The notes beneath the pieces were generated by a model. It did no database searches. It had not been told where the DNA came from and was given only the letters and a program-made list of their open reading frames with translations. From IMG/VR virus record IMGVR_UViG_3300040856_003274, positions 64,001-128,000 of that record: 64,000 bases of DNA. One strand, 5' to 3'. Shown here piece after piece: positions 48,474 through 59,900 of this stretch (positions within the stretch are counted from its first letter, which is position 1; each line of letters starts with the position of its first letter). This stretch comes from a virus. The position numbers and the translations under genes are program-made.

Positions 48474-50795
48474 TTATGGAGAGAGTCTTACAGTCGAGCT
48501 TCCCATATTATAAGTTGATAATGGCTTGCCTGACAACGGGTCTAAATCCGTTGAGCTGACTACTCCTCCGCCTAGAGCCCCCGTGACGAGACTGATTGAG
48601 TTAGCGGATACGGTTGCTTTGGCAGAGGAGGTAATGTTAACAGCACCCCCTGCCGTCATAGAGAGGGTAGCTGTGACATTAACCGCCATCTTTTGAGGTG
48701 TGTTAACCGTTATCCCTGTAGCGGAGTCAAAGGAAGCTGAAGAGAGCCCTGCTCCAAGCTCAGATTGGCCTAAAGTTGTTGTGTAAATCTGTCTCCCTAC
48801 CTCAACCGTTGTACTGTGTTCTCCAGCAACGAGCGTTTCTTCGCGGTTACCAAAAGTGTTGAGGTAGCTGTCAGCCTTCGGGTTTGTCGGAAGGTTCGTA
48901 ATGTTAACCTGACGGCTCGCACCACTCGTAGGTAGGTTGGAGCTAATATTAAGAGAGTGTCCGTTCGTGTAGTTTTCAGACCCGTTCTCCGCAGAGATCG
49001 CGTATCCTCCAGCAGAAGAAACCTGATATGCGCCCCCCGTATTGATCTCAATATTCTGAGTGTCAGATAGATCAAATGTCTGCGCCGAGATTTTAACCTT
49101 GTTAGCGGCTTTAAGCTGTATAAGACCTCTGCCTTCAATCAGCACATCAGGTGCGTTCTCGACAGCTTGGGCAGTGGTTACTTTACCTCCACCGAAGATG
49201 CTTACCGCGCCTCCCTCAGATCTAATGTTAACGCCAACATTACCTGTTAAGCCACCCTCTTTAGAGATGAGCTCGATTTCTTTGTCTGCCGTGAGCTTAT
49301 AGCCTTCACCTGTACCAAGCCTCATGCCCCCTAAGGAGTAAAGCTCGAAAGCGTTGTCTGCTCTGCTACCAACAAAGCTCGCTAAAAACTTACCTTCCTT
49401 TGTGACGGTGATGAAAGAGCTTTCCCTAAACGCTCCTCTACCTCTCACATCAACAGGAGGTGTCACGATTAAGCTAAAAGCAGACTGATCGTTGAGCGGG
49501 CGGTCTGTGCCTATTACGAAATCCTTAACGAGGTTATCTCCGTCAAAGACAATCGGCACAAGAGGCGCTCCGTACTTTTCTTTGCCTGCTTCTGTGAACG
49601 GGTCATTACCGACAAGCGTGCCTAACACCATCTCTACAAAGTTGGGGGTAGGGTCTGACTCGCCGTTGTCAGGATAGTTATCAGCATCAAACCCGTCAGT
49701 TTGCTCCGTAACAGGGAGTGTTCCGTTAGAGGTGTGCTTTAGCTCTATGCGGTATTCTGTCAGGGAGTTTTCACTTAAGGGGCTTGAGGTATAGCTGTTT
49801 TCGTAGTTAACAGAGCTATCTCCAACTCTATAGAAGACTTTACCTCCGTAAGAGGAATAGTCTTCAAGGTTTTCGTCTAACCTGAAGCCGTCTGAGTCGA
49901 TGAAGAGCCCCCACTGTAAAAACTCATAAGGGTTTAAGTCCTTCGCAAACGTAATACCGCCTGATCTCTCAAACGCTGTTTCACCGCTGTAGTTTTCTTC
50001 TTCTCCTATGGGAGGATAGAAGAGGTAGGACGGTGTGAGGAAGTCGTCGTCAAACAACCCTTCCTCTATGTTTTCATAAGAGTGACCCCAATCAAGCCCA
50101 TCAGAGAACATTTGAGTCGGTAAGAGCCTAGCGTCTCGTTGCACCATGCCTGCGTACACGCGTGCGCCCGCGAGACTATGGAACTGTTGCAATGAGCGCG
50201 TGACCAAAGCCTGATCTTGATCTCTAAGAATAATCTCGTTAGCTCTACGGTTCGTGATCGTCACGCTCTCGTCTAGATGGAGGTCAGCGCCTTGCCTTGA
50301 AGAGATAAGAGCCTCACCTTCTTCAAGGTGGCGCATCTTAAAACGTATACGAGAAGCAAACCCTTTGAGATCGTCCCGATCAGCCCCTGTTTCCATTTGA
50401 CCTTCTTCAGGAGAGAAGTCTTGCCCTACAACCCAATCTCTCGCGAGCCATGATGGAGGCGGGAAATAAGAGACGATGACAGGCTGTCGAGCTGAAGCTC
50501 TACCATCACTTTCTTTAGGGGCAAAGGCGACGACAGCGTAATCTCCGCTACAAGGCATCATCCCAAAGAAACTACGGCGACCGCCTCCAGGGAATGTTAT
50601 TGGCGCTTTAAACTCAAAAGTTTCGGACTCTTTAGTCTTCGAGTGTAAATGGACATACCCTTCTTCAAAGTTGACGTGGGTAATCTTAAAGATTGCCAAA
50701 CCCCACTGACCCCAACCTCGGCTACCACTTTCATTGGCGATGTTAAGAGGGGTAGTGCTGTTGATGTAAGTTGTTTCTGCGCCTTGTGGTATCAT
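48474..50795 (-). CDS. Probable baseplate central spike (gp5/gpV/VgrG-like)
   Basis: N-terminal OB-fold-like segment (ITHVNFEEG..MPCSGDYAVVAF), C-terminal Thr/Ser/Gly beta-repeat region; located after the hub gene. Confidence 0.6.
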   Translation of the reverse strand: MIPQGAETTYINSTTPLNIANESGSRGWGQWGLAIFKITHVNFEEGYVHLHSKTKESETFEFKAPITFPGGGRRSFFGMMPCSGDYAVVAFAPKESDGRASARQPVIVSYFPPPSWLARDWVVGQDFSPEEGQMETGADRDDLKGFASRIRFKMRHLEEGEALISSRQGADLHLDESVTITNRRANEIILRDQDQALVTRSLQQFHSLAGARVYAGMVQRDARLLPTQMFSDGLDWGHSYENIEEGLFDDDFLTPSYLFYPPIGEEENYSGETAFERSGGITFAKDLNPYEFLQWGLFIDSDGFRLDENLEDYSSYGGKVFYRVGDSSVNYENSYTSSPLSENSLTEYRIELKHTSNGTLPVTEQTDGFDADNYPDNGESDPTPNFVEMVLGTLVGNDPFTEAGKEKYGAPLVPIVFDGDNLVKDFVIGTDRPLNDQSAFSLIVTPPVDVRGRGAFRESSFITVTKEGKFLASFVGSRADNAFELYSLGGMRLGTGEGYKLTADKEIELISKEGGLTGNVGVNIRSEGGAVSIFGGGKVTTAQAVENAPDVLIEGRGLIQLKAANKVKISAQTFDLSDTQNIEINTGGAYQVSSAGGYAISAENGSENYTNGHSLNISSNLPTSGASRQVNITNLPTNPKADSYLNTFGNREETLVAGEHSTTVEVGRQIYTTTLGQSELGAGLSSASFDSATGITVNTPQKMAVNVTATLSMTAGGAVNITSSAKATVSANSISLVTGALGGGVVSSTDLDPLSGKPLSTYNMGSSTVRLSP

Positions 50796-53700
50796 TCGTC
50801 CTCCCCGAAAAGGTCAGAGATATTATCAGCTCGGTTATTCGCGTTATCGACAGCTTGATTAAAGCCATTGATGACAGCCTGTATTGGGTTTTCTTTATCA
50901 GGCCGATTACCACCTATTGAAGTCCCCCTAAGGAGGTCTTGACGCTCCTTCCAACGGCCTGATACTTGAGCGACTTGATCCTTAGACCATGCCGTGATTT
51001 GATCGACACCCTCAATGGCGATGAAGTTTTCTCCGTTAAAAGCCTCGATCTCAAACAACTCTTCAGCGGCTCGGAAAGAGCTCGGAGCTCTCAAGTCATG
51101 TAAAGGCTGTATATCTGTTAACCTCAACGCGTTGTTGGCAGGGCTAATCTTTGTCGGAGCATTGCGTCGATCTACGACTAAGTTTCTTAAGCCCTGAACG
51201 ATTTGCTCGTCTCTAGTAAGACTGCCGTCTGTGCGGGAGCCTAACTCTGCGAGAAAGTCTGAGACTTTAGATGCCTTTGTGCCTGCTTCAGCACTCGTAA
51301 GACCGCTTTTCAAGCGCACCTCTAAGTCTGACTGAGCATCGCCTTTGGAGGAAGTATAGACGGCTTTGATTAAGCCATCTACAATCTCAGGGTCTGCGTT
51401 ACTGAGAGGGTCATAGTCATAGCCCCCCGCGAGCTTAGACCAGTTAGCCCCAGGCTCTATGGAGAGCCCTCTACCGTAAGGGAAAGAGCCTATAACCTCA
51501 TAACCCCCATTGTCGGATACAGGAAAAACAGGAGTTTGTACGTCCACCTTTTCCGTCTCCTCAGTTTTTTCTTTTCGGGTTAAAGTTTTGAAGAGGGTGT
51601 TTAAAATCTTCCCGCTTGTAATGTTAAACACTGCTGCGCCTTTTCTGATAATATGTATATGGGTTGAGTTTCGTTTCAACCTCTGTTCCTTAGTTAGAGT
51701 TTGGCCCTCATTAGGAGCGAACTCAACAAGGTTAGGGTTTTCTATCGTCTCTATTATCCAAACTTGAGCCCACTTTGCGCTGTAATACTTTGCCATGTAC
51801 TTCGCAAGGTAACTCAGGAATGAGCGGAAGTGCTTTAAGCCTGTTGCTTTGAAAGCCTCTCCCACAGTGAGGCTAGTCAAGTCTACCCCCTTGCGGAACA
51901 CTTCTATCTCTTCTTCAGTACCGATTAGAGCATCTCTGTCATAGTTATCGGTGTTATTTTCGAGGTTTGATAAGCTGGAGGTATCTTCGTAATCTTCTAG
52001 TAACTCTTCATCAAAAACCCCTAACAGAGCGGTGCTTAGAGGCTCCTCGCTATCTTTCCTCAGCTTTTTCCTGTAGAGCGCCGTCAAAGACCGCGTTAAG
52101 GCGCTTTGAGCCCGAACGCTGTCAAAGACCCTCTTATTTTTTATACTTATCTGCTTAGACTTGTAGCTCATATTGTGATCTTGGAAAGAGATCGCTCTTA
52201 TGTCGTGAGTCGGTGTCTCTTCCTTTTTCTTACCTGCCTTTAAGATTACGAGCCCTCTCTTCACGGAGCTACCTGCGAGCTCGATCTCACCATAGTTTTT
52301 AGTGTCGATCCCAACGCTCTCGAAAGGGTTAATGAGGTTTGGAGTGGACTTAAACTGCTTCGGCGCAACAACACCAATAAGATTAGCCTCTTTGACGAAA
52401 CCTTCTCTAATGTCTACACCATCAGAACTTGTCTCTCCTTCCATGCCCATTCCTGGCGTGTTACGAACAGGGGAGACTCCTTGTTGCTCAGGGTTAGGGT
52501 GCGCAGAGGAGTAATATCGGTAAGAGCCAGCTATAGAGTCGTTTGTAAACTGAGATTTCATATCCGAGAGCACTTCAAGCAGAGTCGCAGAGCGGTCTAC
52601 ATCTTCACCGCCTCTAACTTGAGAGGACACTTGCTCAAACAGCTCAAAGAAGCCGAACCCTTGACTCGCCTGTGAGCCCTGTCTCTGTTGCTTTAGCTCT
52701 GTGTCAAGGCTGAGGATTTTCTCGTCTATTCGTGCGAGCTTAGCTTTGAGCTTTGTTAGCTTCGCGCTCGCTTTTCTAATTTTAGCCTGTTCCTTACTAG
52801 AGTCTAGGCTGTCTATGTTAGCCTGCTCCCTAAAGATTTGACCCTCAAGCGTAGCCTTTTGCTCTACAAGACCTTCTTTCCTTCGCTTGCGCCTTTTGCT
52901 TTTAGGTATCCCATAAAGCTCTTGGTCGGTTCGCTCTAAGGTTGTTCCGTACTCTTTCGCCTGAGTAACGATTTCTTGGACATTAAACATAACATCCTGC
53001 TCATCGTCATAAGAGACTTTATAGTAGTTGTAGATGTCTTTGTCGTAGATGCCTGATGGCACTACAGGGCTGATAATATTAAGGCTCTCCGCTTTCCTTA
53101 TAAGATTAAGGACAACATTACGGTCTTTATAATCTGTCCCGTCATCGGTAACGTAAAACAAAGGATTAACAAGAGTCGGGTCGAGCGCCATTACTACGTT
53201 CGGGAAGCCTACTTCTTTAGGGTGGTTATCCTTTGAGGTGATGATAGGCGTTGGGGGAAGGTCTAATCTCGACAAGTCCACAGTATCTACCGCAGAGGCT
53301 CCTCGCGAAGCCTCTCTCGTATTTCGAGGTGCGTGAAACTTTCTTCTCCGCGCTGTGAGTTGTAAGGAGGTCGTACATTGACCTCCATAAGAGAAGCTGT
53401 GGCTGAGGCTCTCTACGTAATAAAAAGTGTCTATGTGTGAAATATAAACAGGGTAGCCAGCTCTAAGCTCAGGTCTAAAAGGTATTGTGAGGCTCGCGGT
53501 ATTCATCTTCGAGTTAGCAACAGCCATTTTCGCAACTGCCGCGAAGAAAGCTGACTTAGGAGTGTTGTAATAGTGAGTCTCAAAGTCGCCCTGTCGCCAG
53601 CCATATTGGGCGACAAGTCGGTAGTCTACATAGCGCCCTGAGACACCCCATTCGCCTTCCATCCCTAAGCCCTGTATCTGTTGCCAATGTCCTGCCCTCA

Positions 53701-54970
53701 CTACGTAGTAAGTCGCTTCGGGCTCGTTTTCGGTGAAGCTGAGGTTAATGATGTCTTCAGGCTCTATGCGATATACTCTACTCGCTGAGGTGTCTAAGTT
53801 GTAAAACGGAGGTTTGAATACTAAGTCTCCGTCCATATCTTGATAAAACTCGAAGTCCGTCATCTCCTTAATCTTATTCGCCATGTCCATCTTAGACTCG
53901 TAAGTGGACTCAAAGAAGTTAACACTACCCCATGCGCTCACGTCATCTACATAAGCTGAGATTTCAACAGGTGACACAGTAAAGCTAGGTAGCACCGCCG
54001 CGATTTGATCAGCGCCTCCTACAATCTTACCTGTCTCAGGGTTTACTCTAATCAAACCCAAGTCGTAAGCGGCTCGGAGCACAGAGCTGGCTTCCATATA
54101 TTTAAACTCTGTGCCTACGCGAGAGTTTTTAATAAGGTTCTTAGCTTGGCTTCGGTTAAGCCCTGAGAGGAAGGCTTGTTGGGTCGCGGAGTAGAGCTGA
54201 CCCGACGCGCCGTACATCCTTAAGCCGTAAAGCCGAGTAGAGAACCTGCGTTTCCAATACTCTAAGTTGATTGAGTAAAGGTCTTGGTTTTGGAATGTCG
54301 CGTTAATGTTAGTCTTTTGAGAGAAAGTCCAAGAGACACCGTGTGCCGCGCCTTGGAAATCGCGATACAGGGTATACAAAACCTCGTAGGCATTCTTGTT
54401 AGCGAAGTTATGCCCTCTCAAGGTAGTGCGGATACCTGAGTTTGTAGGCCGAGCGCCGAAGACCGACCCGCTCGTAGAGATATATTGATAGCTCCAAAAG
54501 TGTAGCATAGAGCTACAGCTTAGAGACGCGGAGTAGTTACCTCCGCTGTAGTCAAAAGAAACGCTCGTCACCACACCGTGGAAGATGTGGTAGTAGGGAT
54601 ACTGAGGTAACTCTTCGCTCTGTTTTAGCCCTTCTACTTTAACGAGCCCTTTTGTGGGGAAATAGCCTCTAGCATAGATATGTACCTCCATGCCTGTATG
54701 AAAGATGATCCCTCCGTCTTTGTATATCTTAGCACTCTCAAAGCGCGGGATTGAGAGCGTAAGGGAAGCTGAGGTCGCACCGCTCTCTACTCCGCCGTCT
54801 ACACTGATTTGGGTGACATACTTTTGAATGTCGAACCTAATATTACCGCCGTCTGCTCCAGGTAGCTCTGCCATACCGTTAAGGTAAACTAGAGCGTCAG
54901 GGGTGTAGCTGACTATTTTCTTGCTGTTGGGTCGCCATGTACCCGAATACGGCCTATTAGCGTTAGACAT
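50792..54970 (-). CDS. Probable baseplate hub protein (gp27/gp44-like) with large insertion
   Basis: IFHGVVTSVSFDY, FEFYQDMDGDLVFKPPFYN, ASLTIPFRPELRAGYPV, YYVESLSHSF..G..TTSLQL. Confidence 0.75.
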   Translation of the reverse strand: MSNANRPYSGTWRPNSKKIVSYTPDALVYLNGMAELPGADGGNIRFDIQKYVTQISVDGGVESGATSASLTLSIPRFESAKIYKDGGIIFHTGMEVHIYARGYFPTKGLVKVEGLKQSEELPQYPYYHIFHGVVTSVSFDYSGGNYSASLSCSSMLHFWSYQYISTSGSVFGARPTNSGIRTTLRGHNFANKNAYEVLYTLYRDFQGAAHGVSWTFSQKTNINATFQNQDLYSINLEYWKRRFSTRLYGLRMYGASGQLYSATQQAFLSGLNRSQAKNLIKNSRVGTEFKYMEASSVLRAAYDLGLIRVNPETGKIVGGADQIAAVLPSFTVSPVEISAYVDDVSAWGSVNFFESTYESKMDMANKIKEMTDFEFYQDMDGDLVFKPPFYNLDTSASRVYRIEPEDIINLSFTENEPEATYYVVRAGHWQQIQGLGMEGEWGVSGRYVDYRLVAQYGWRQGDFETHYYNTPKSAFFAAVAKMAVANSKMNTASLTIPFRPELRAGYPVYISHIDTFYYVESLSHSFSYGGQCTTSLQLTARRRKFHAPRNTREASRGASAVDTVDLSRLDLPPTPIITSKDNHPKEVGFPNVVMALDPTLVNPLFYVTDDGTDYKDRNVVLNLIRKAESLNIISPVVPSGIYDKDIYNYYKVSYDDEQDVMFNVQEIVTQAKEYGTTLERTDQELYGIPKSKRRKRRKEGLVEQKATLEGQIFREQANIDSLDSSKEQAKIRKASAKLTKLKAKLARIDEKILSLDTELKQQRQGSQASQGFGFFELFEQVSSQVRGGEDVDRSATLLEVLSDMKSQFTNDSIAGSYRYYSSAHPNPEQQGVSPVRNTPGMGMEGETSSDGVDIREGFVKEANLIGVVAPKQFKSTPNLINPFESVGIDTKNYGEIELAGSSVKRGLVILKAGKKKEETPTHDIRAISFQDHNMSYKSKQISIKNKRVFDSVRAQSALTRSLTALYRKKLRKDSEEPLSTALLGVFDEELLEDYEDTSSLSNLENNTDNYDRDALIGTEEEIEVFRKGVDLTSLTVGEAFKATGLKHFRSFLSYLAKYMAKYYSAKWAQVWIIETIENPNLVEFAPNEGQTLTKEQRLKRNSTHIHIIRKGAAVFNITSGKILNTLFKTLTRKEKTEETEKVDVQTPVFPVSDNGGYEVIGSFPYGRGLSIEPGANWSKLAGGYDYDPLSNADPEIVDGLIKAVYTSSKGDAQSDLEVRLKSGLTSAEAGTKASKVSDFLAELGSRTDGSLTRDEQIVQGLRNLVVDRRNAPTKISPANNALRLTDIQPLHDLRAPSSFRAAEELFEIEAFNGENFIAIEGVDQITAWSKDQVAQVSGRWKERQDLLRGTSIGGNRPDKENPIQAVINGFNQAVDNANNRADNISDLFGEDE

Positions 54971-54983
54971 TTGTTAAGCTCTC

Positions 54984-56267
54984 TTAAGTGTTAAGGACGA
55001 AACCCGTACCGCCAGGTACATCTTCTTCTTCCTCTTCAGCAGGTGCAGAGGTGAAGAGCGCCCCTGATGTTTGGAAACCACTGTCAACGACAGGATTAGG
55101 AGGCGGAGTAGCTGAAACAGGGTTACTTAAAATCCTCTTCGCCTGTGCTGACTTATACCTAGAGACTGAAGCGGTGTCTGAAGAGAAGTCCAGCATTTTT
55201 TTCACCTCAAACTCAAAGCTAAACTCTAAGCCTCCCATTTGCTTCTCTTCGGAAAACCCGTAAGAAAAGCTCTTCATTGTCCCTAGATAAGCGATCTGAT
55301 CGTACTCAAGCACGACTTTGCCTGCCATAAGATTAGCCTTGGAGCGCCCTATCGTGTCTCTTATCAGAGCCCCGTTGTTGTAAATATTAAGCAACGTGAT
55401 GAGTTGCTGGTAAGCCGCTGAGTGGTTGCGAGAAGCATACTGAACACCTGACGGCACGCGAGTTTCTGTTTCTCTAACACCGCTTCCTAAAGACGTAAGA
55501 TTAGGCGGTAAGATTGCCACCTCGTCTGCGGTAATCCCTTGAGTAGTGTTTCTTACTCCTGACGCAAAAGCTCCAATCACACCTGAGATAGATAGCGTCG
55601 GCAACCCTTCTCCCCATGCTTGATAAACAAAACCTGTTCTCGTAGCTTCGGAGTAGTTTTGTATGCGCTGATATTGAAGCTGAAAGCTGTTAGGGTTGAT
55701 TAACATTAATAACGGAGGTGTATCCGCCATTTTTTTAATTTGACGGAGAGTCTCTATCACCATCCTTTGATCTATAAAACCTGCTTGCTTCGAGGCGAGC
55801 CCCGTAGACTCGCGCTGGTAGCTCTCTTCAACTGAAGAAACTCTACGGTAAGCATTAGAGGCGATCCCCGACATTACGGTAGCATCGGCCTGCTCAAGAG
55901 CATAGTAGGTCAAGTCACTTGTAATAGAGCCTTGTCCCCTACCTGAGTTTAGGTAATCGTTTTTTGCGACTTTAGTCACTGAGCTGAAAGCGACACCTGA
56001 AGACCTAAATGAAGGGCTACCTCCAAAGTCGTAATCTTCTACTAATCTTAAGTTTTCTTGTAGATACCCATCATCAAGACCTCCCGAAGCGACTACACCG
56101 TCTAGTATTGTAGGGAGAGCCAAAGAAACCGTGAAGGGTGAATACTTCCTCAGTCTCTCAATGGAGCTGTCTATGGGCATTGAGTTAGGGTCTGACTCGT
56201 AAACTTGTCGGTATGAGGGGTCTTGCGCTAGCCCTTCAAATAAGCCCATATGTTGTACGCTGTTCAT
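54984..56267 (-). CDS. Tube-like baseplate/tail initiator protein
   Basis: LMLINPNSFQLQY..., WGE..PTLSISG, YLGTMKSFSY, FSFEFEV; paralog of the adjacent gene. Confidence 0.6.
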   Translation of the reverse strand: MNSVQHMGLFEGLAQDPSYRQVYESDPNSMPIDSSIERLRKYSPFTVSLALPTILDGVVASGGLDDGYLQENLRLVEDYDFGGSPSFRSSGVAFSSVTKVAKNDYLNSGRGQGSITSDLTYYALEQADATVMSGIASNAYRRVSSVEESYQRESTGLASKQAGFIDQRMVIETLRQIKKMADTPPLLMLINPNSFQLQYQRIQNYSEATRTGFVYQAWGEGLPTLSISGVIGAFASGVRNTTQGITADEVAILPPNLTSLGSGVRETETRVPSGVQYASRNHSAAYQQLITLLNIYNNGALIRDTIGRSKANLMAGKVVLEYDQIAYLGTMKSFSYGFSEEKQMGGLEFSFEFEVKKMLDFSSDTASVSRYKSAQAKRILSNPVSATPPPNPVVDSGFQTSGALFTSAPAEEEEEDVPGGTGFVLNT

Positions 56268-56905
56268 CGACCTTGCCCCCCTACATTAAGCGTGCGTCTG
56301 TGCTCTTCTCTGTAGACTTGAAAAGACATGCTGTACTCGAAGCTGTAAGGTTTATCCGCGCTCTCGGTAACGCTAAAGTTTTCAAACCAGCCGTAATAGT
56401 CAGACCCGTCAAATGACAGCTTGACATACCCTTGAAAAGCGATTTGACCATTCTTAGAGTAGATCGCTCCGTTGTTATGGAACAGTGCTAAGAGGTCTAA
56501 AAACTTGTCGTAGGCGATGGTGTCTCTTCTTGAGCCCCCTAAATCAATCCCTTTTATAGAATCGGGAAGCCTCGCGTTGCTAGGCCCTAATCCTGTAACA
56601 GAAGTGATCCCTGTGTAGGCTCTCATAAAGCCTCCCGTAGAGCCTTGTATGTCTATTGAGGCAGGCTGGTTGCCCCAGTGTTGTTCTATGAAGCCTCCAA
56701 GGGTCTGTATCGCTTCAGATTGTCTTGTGTAGCTAATACTGAGGCTACTAGGGTTGACGTGGAGGACGAGCTTAAGATTATCAGGTAATAAGCTCGTCAA
56801 GCCGTCAGGCGATATGAGGTCAAAGATGACGGGACGTATGCCTCTACCTGAGTATTGATCAGAAGGGCTATTAAAAGCACTCTTGATTGCGTAAGACTCA
56901 GCCAT
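56264..56905 (-). CDS. Tube-like baseplate/tail initiator protein
   Basis: LHVNPSSLSISY, QHWG...IDIQGSTG, YYGWFENFSVTESA..P..FEYSMSF. Confidence 0.65.
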   Translation of the reverse strand: MAESYAIKSAFNSPSDQYSGRGIRPVIFDLISPDGLTSLLPDNLKLVLHVNPSSLSISYTRQSEAIQTLGGFIEQHWGNQPASIDIQGSTGGFMRAYTGITSVTGLGPSNARLPDSIKGIDLGGSRRDTIAYDKFLDLLALFHNNGAIYSKNGQIAFQGYVKLSFDGSDYYGWFENFSVTESADKPYSFEYSMSFQVYREEHRRTLNVGGQGR

Positions 56906-56924
56906 AGGTTACTCCCTTTGTTAT

Positions 56925-59900
56925 TTATGAGTAGAGTGAAGAGGTTCGACCGCCTCCACCAAGACCTCTCGATTTCTCAGCCGCGAGGACTTTTCTTACG
57001 GTACGGGTAACCGTAATAGGGTCACCCATAATATTTATTATAACATTAGAGTTTCCACCCCTACCGCCAGCGCCACCGAAACGACCTGCCCTATCAAACA
57101 CACCGTTAGGCTTACCGTACACGACACCCATAGCGCGGTCGAACGAGTTAATCGGAGTAACAACACCGTTACCATAGCCGTCACCTTGGTAAACAAAATC
57201 ACCTGCGCTTGGCTTTACTTTAGGATCTCCTACATTGGAGGCTGTGGGTAATGTACTACCTGGGGTAGCCAAGTTAGTGAAACGCTTAGCCGCTTCTCGG
57301 TGTTCATAGTAATGGTCAAATCCTTGACCAAAACCTTTTGTTTCTTTTACGCGCTTCAATATTTTCATCGCTTCTTCCCCGCTATAGCCTTCACTAACTA
57401 ACCTTTCAAACGCCCTCTCTACTTGTTCGTCATCTTTAATGTCTTTTAAAAGCTCCTTCATCTCTTTGTTAACAGTTAATCCTTCCTTTGCTACCTTCCC
57501 CTGTTTTTCCGCTTCCTTTACTTGGTTGTTTATTTGTGTTTCTAAATATGGGATGTTAGTCTCTATCGTATTACCCCAACCTTGGTTTAAATCTTCTATT
57601 GTCGCCTCATGTTTAGTCGCGATCTTTTCTCTGAGGTCATCTTTACCCGCCCTGACTTTTGCGAGCCCCTCATCAAGTTTTTCTCGTTTCCCCCTAATCG
57701 CGGCTATCCTTTTTTCCCTCTCTTCAGGGTGTAAGTCCTTGTCTTTTGCGACCTCGGACTCTTCTTTCCGAGTCTCCTCAATCTGCTTCTCTAAAGTTTT
57801 AATAGCTCTGTCGTAAGCACCGTAAAGCTCTTGCGCTCTCTTTTTCCCTGTACTATCGAGATTACCTCCAACAAAGAAATTTAAGATTGAGTCAAGGGTG
57901 CTGTATATCCCCTGTAGGAAATATGTGACTCCCATCTCAATACGTTGAGCGATATCTACTGTATTGTTGGCGATCTGCTCAGAGAGCTCTAAGTTTCTGT
58001 CTCTTTGCTCAGTAGCTTTAGTTAACACTCCTTCATTAAGGCGCATGAAAGCATCGAAGCTGGCTTTACCTAAATCTTTCTCCCCCACTATTTTGCCCGT
58101 ATCTTTATTATATTGGGCTTGTATCAGTTTCCCTTGTTTATCTATGTAAGCGCCATACTTTTCTATTTGAGCTATTTTTTTGTCAGTAGTGTCGGCTTTG
58201 CCCTCTCTTTGGAGGAGGTCAAAGTCTCCCCTTAAGCCGTCAATAGCCGCAATAAAAGAGTCCGTCTGTTCTCCGCTATATCCCATCTGCTCTTCTAAGA
58301 AAGATCGGTACACGATAGATGCTTGGCTGTCTGTGTTGAGCTGTCTTACATCAGTAAGCCCGAACCGCTTCATCATCGCTTGCTGTGCTTTGAGGAAACC
58401 TGTCATACCGAGAGCACCTGCCGACACCGCCCCACCTGATCTACCCTGCGTACCCACATGAAGCTGTAAGATTTGACCGATCTCCTTAGCTAAACCGACA
58501 GCCATGTCGCTCCCTCCGTCTTGTTGACGGATCGCGGCTAAGAGTCTAGAGCGTTCTTCGACGCTTACGCTCCTGAGAGCTTTTGACAGAGCCTTTTCAT
58601 TAGAGGTGTCAACTTCACCTAAACCTGCGGTTTTGAAAGCCTCTGCTAAAAGTTTGCCTTGATCCTTAGAGCGGCTAACATTACCGACCCTCGCCCCATA
58701 CTCTTGAGAGAAGATTTCTTTACGAGCTTTATCTCCCATCATCATCATCGCTTTGTAGTTTTCCTTAACTCCCTGACCCTTGAAGCCCTGAGCTAGCTTC
58801 TTGAGCAAGCCACTCTCTTCAAGACCACGCGCCCCTAATATCTTTCCTAATCTCGTCGCAAAGAAAGCGGCTTCCTCGATGCGAGTGTTATAAACTCCCA
58901 TACCAGTAGTCGCTTGTAAGACCATAGAGTAGAAGCGTTTAACTCCAAAACCGCTTTGCATAGCCTGATCGGTAATCGCGGCAAATCTTACGGCAATATC
59001 TTCGAGGCTGTAACCATAACGCTCTGTAATAGAAGCAACGTCTTCTACAGAAGCACCTAGTATACGTTGCTGGGCGGTCATGTGTTGGATAACTTTAACG
59101 TAAGCCGCTTCTGAGTCTTTAGCGTCGGTCATCGCCCCTTTCATTTCTTTAAGGGTAATACCTGCCGCCTGGAACTCTGCTACCATACCCATAGCCGCCT
59201 CTGCGGTAACCCCTAAGCCTTGGCTAAGGTAGAGGTCATTAACTCCCTCTCTAATGTCACGGAGGCTAGCATTAAGGCTTACAGACTCATCCCCTAAAGT
59301 ATTAACGAGAGCATCAGCACCGCTCGCTGATTCTAAGAAAGCCTTGTTGAGTTGCTTCCCTGCTGACTCGATATCTATAATGAAAGAGATAACATTAGCG
59401 AAGCCTTTAGCGAGTGCTCCGAATATTCTTAAGGCAGGGCCGAAAGACTTGAGCAACTTACCTATCATGCCGAAAACCTTAGCACTCGCTCCTGCACCCT
59501 TTTGAGTACCTCTGCCCTCTAATGTTCTGCCGAAGTCTCCAGCTTTGCTCAAGCTCTCCCCTATACCTTTTAGGTCACGGTTTTTGAGCTTAGATAGGAA
59601 GTCTCCTAAACCTCCCGTCATCATATCAGCGGCAGTGGCTATGTTTTCAGAGGCATCTGCGAGAGGGTTCTTACCACCTCTTTGATTAAACTGCTTATTG
59701 AGCTCCGCAACAGCTTCAGCTTCTTTCTTGTATATCTTTAAGCGGTCATCAACCTCTTGCTTAGCCTCTTCGGTAATACCCTGCATAAGCTCAAGAGACT
59801 TTTTAGCCCTCTCTCTCTCTAATCTCGCTCCGTTCTTATAAAATTCCTGATCTGCTTTATTTTTAGCCTTGTTTGACTCCTCTAATAAGAATTCTGCTGA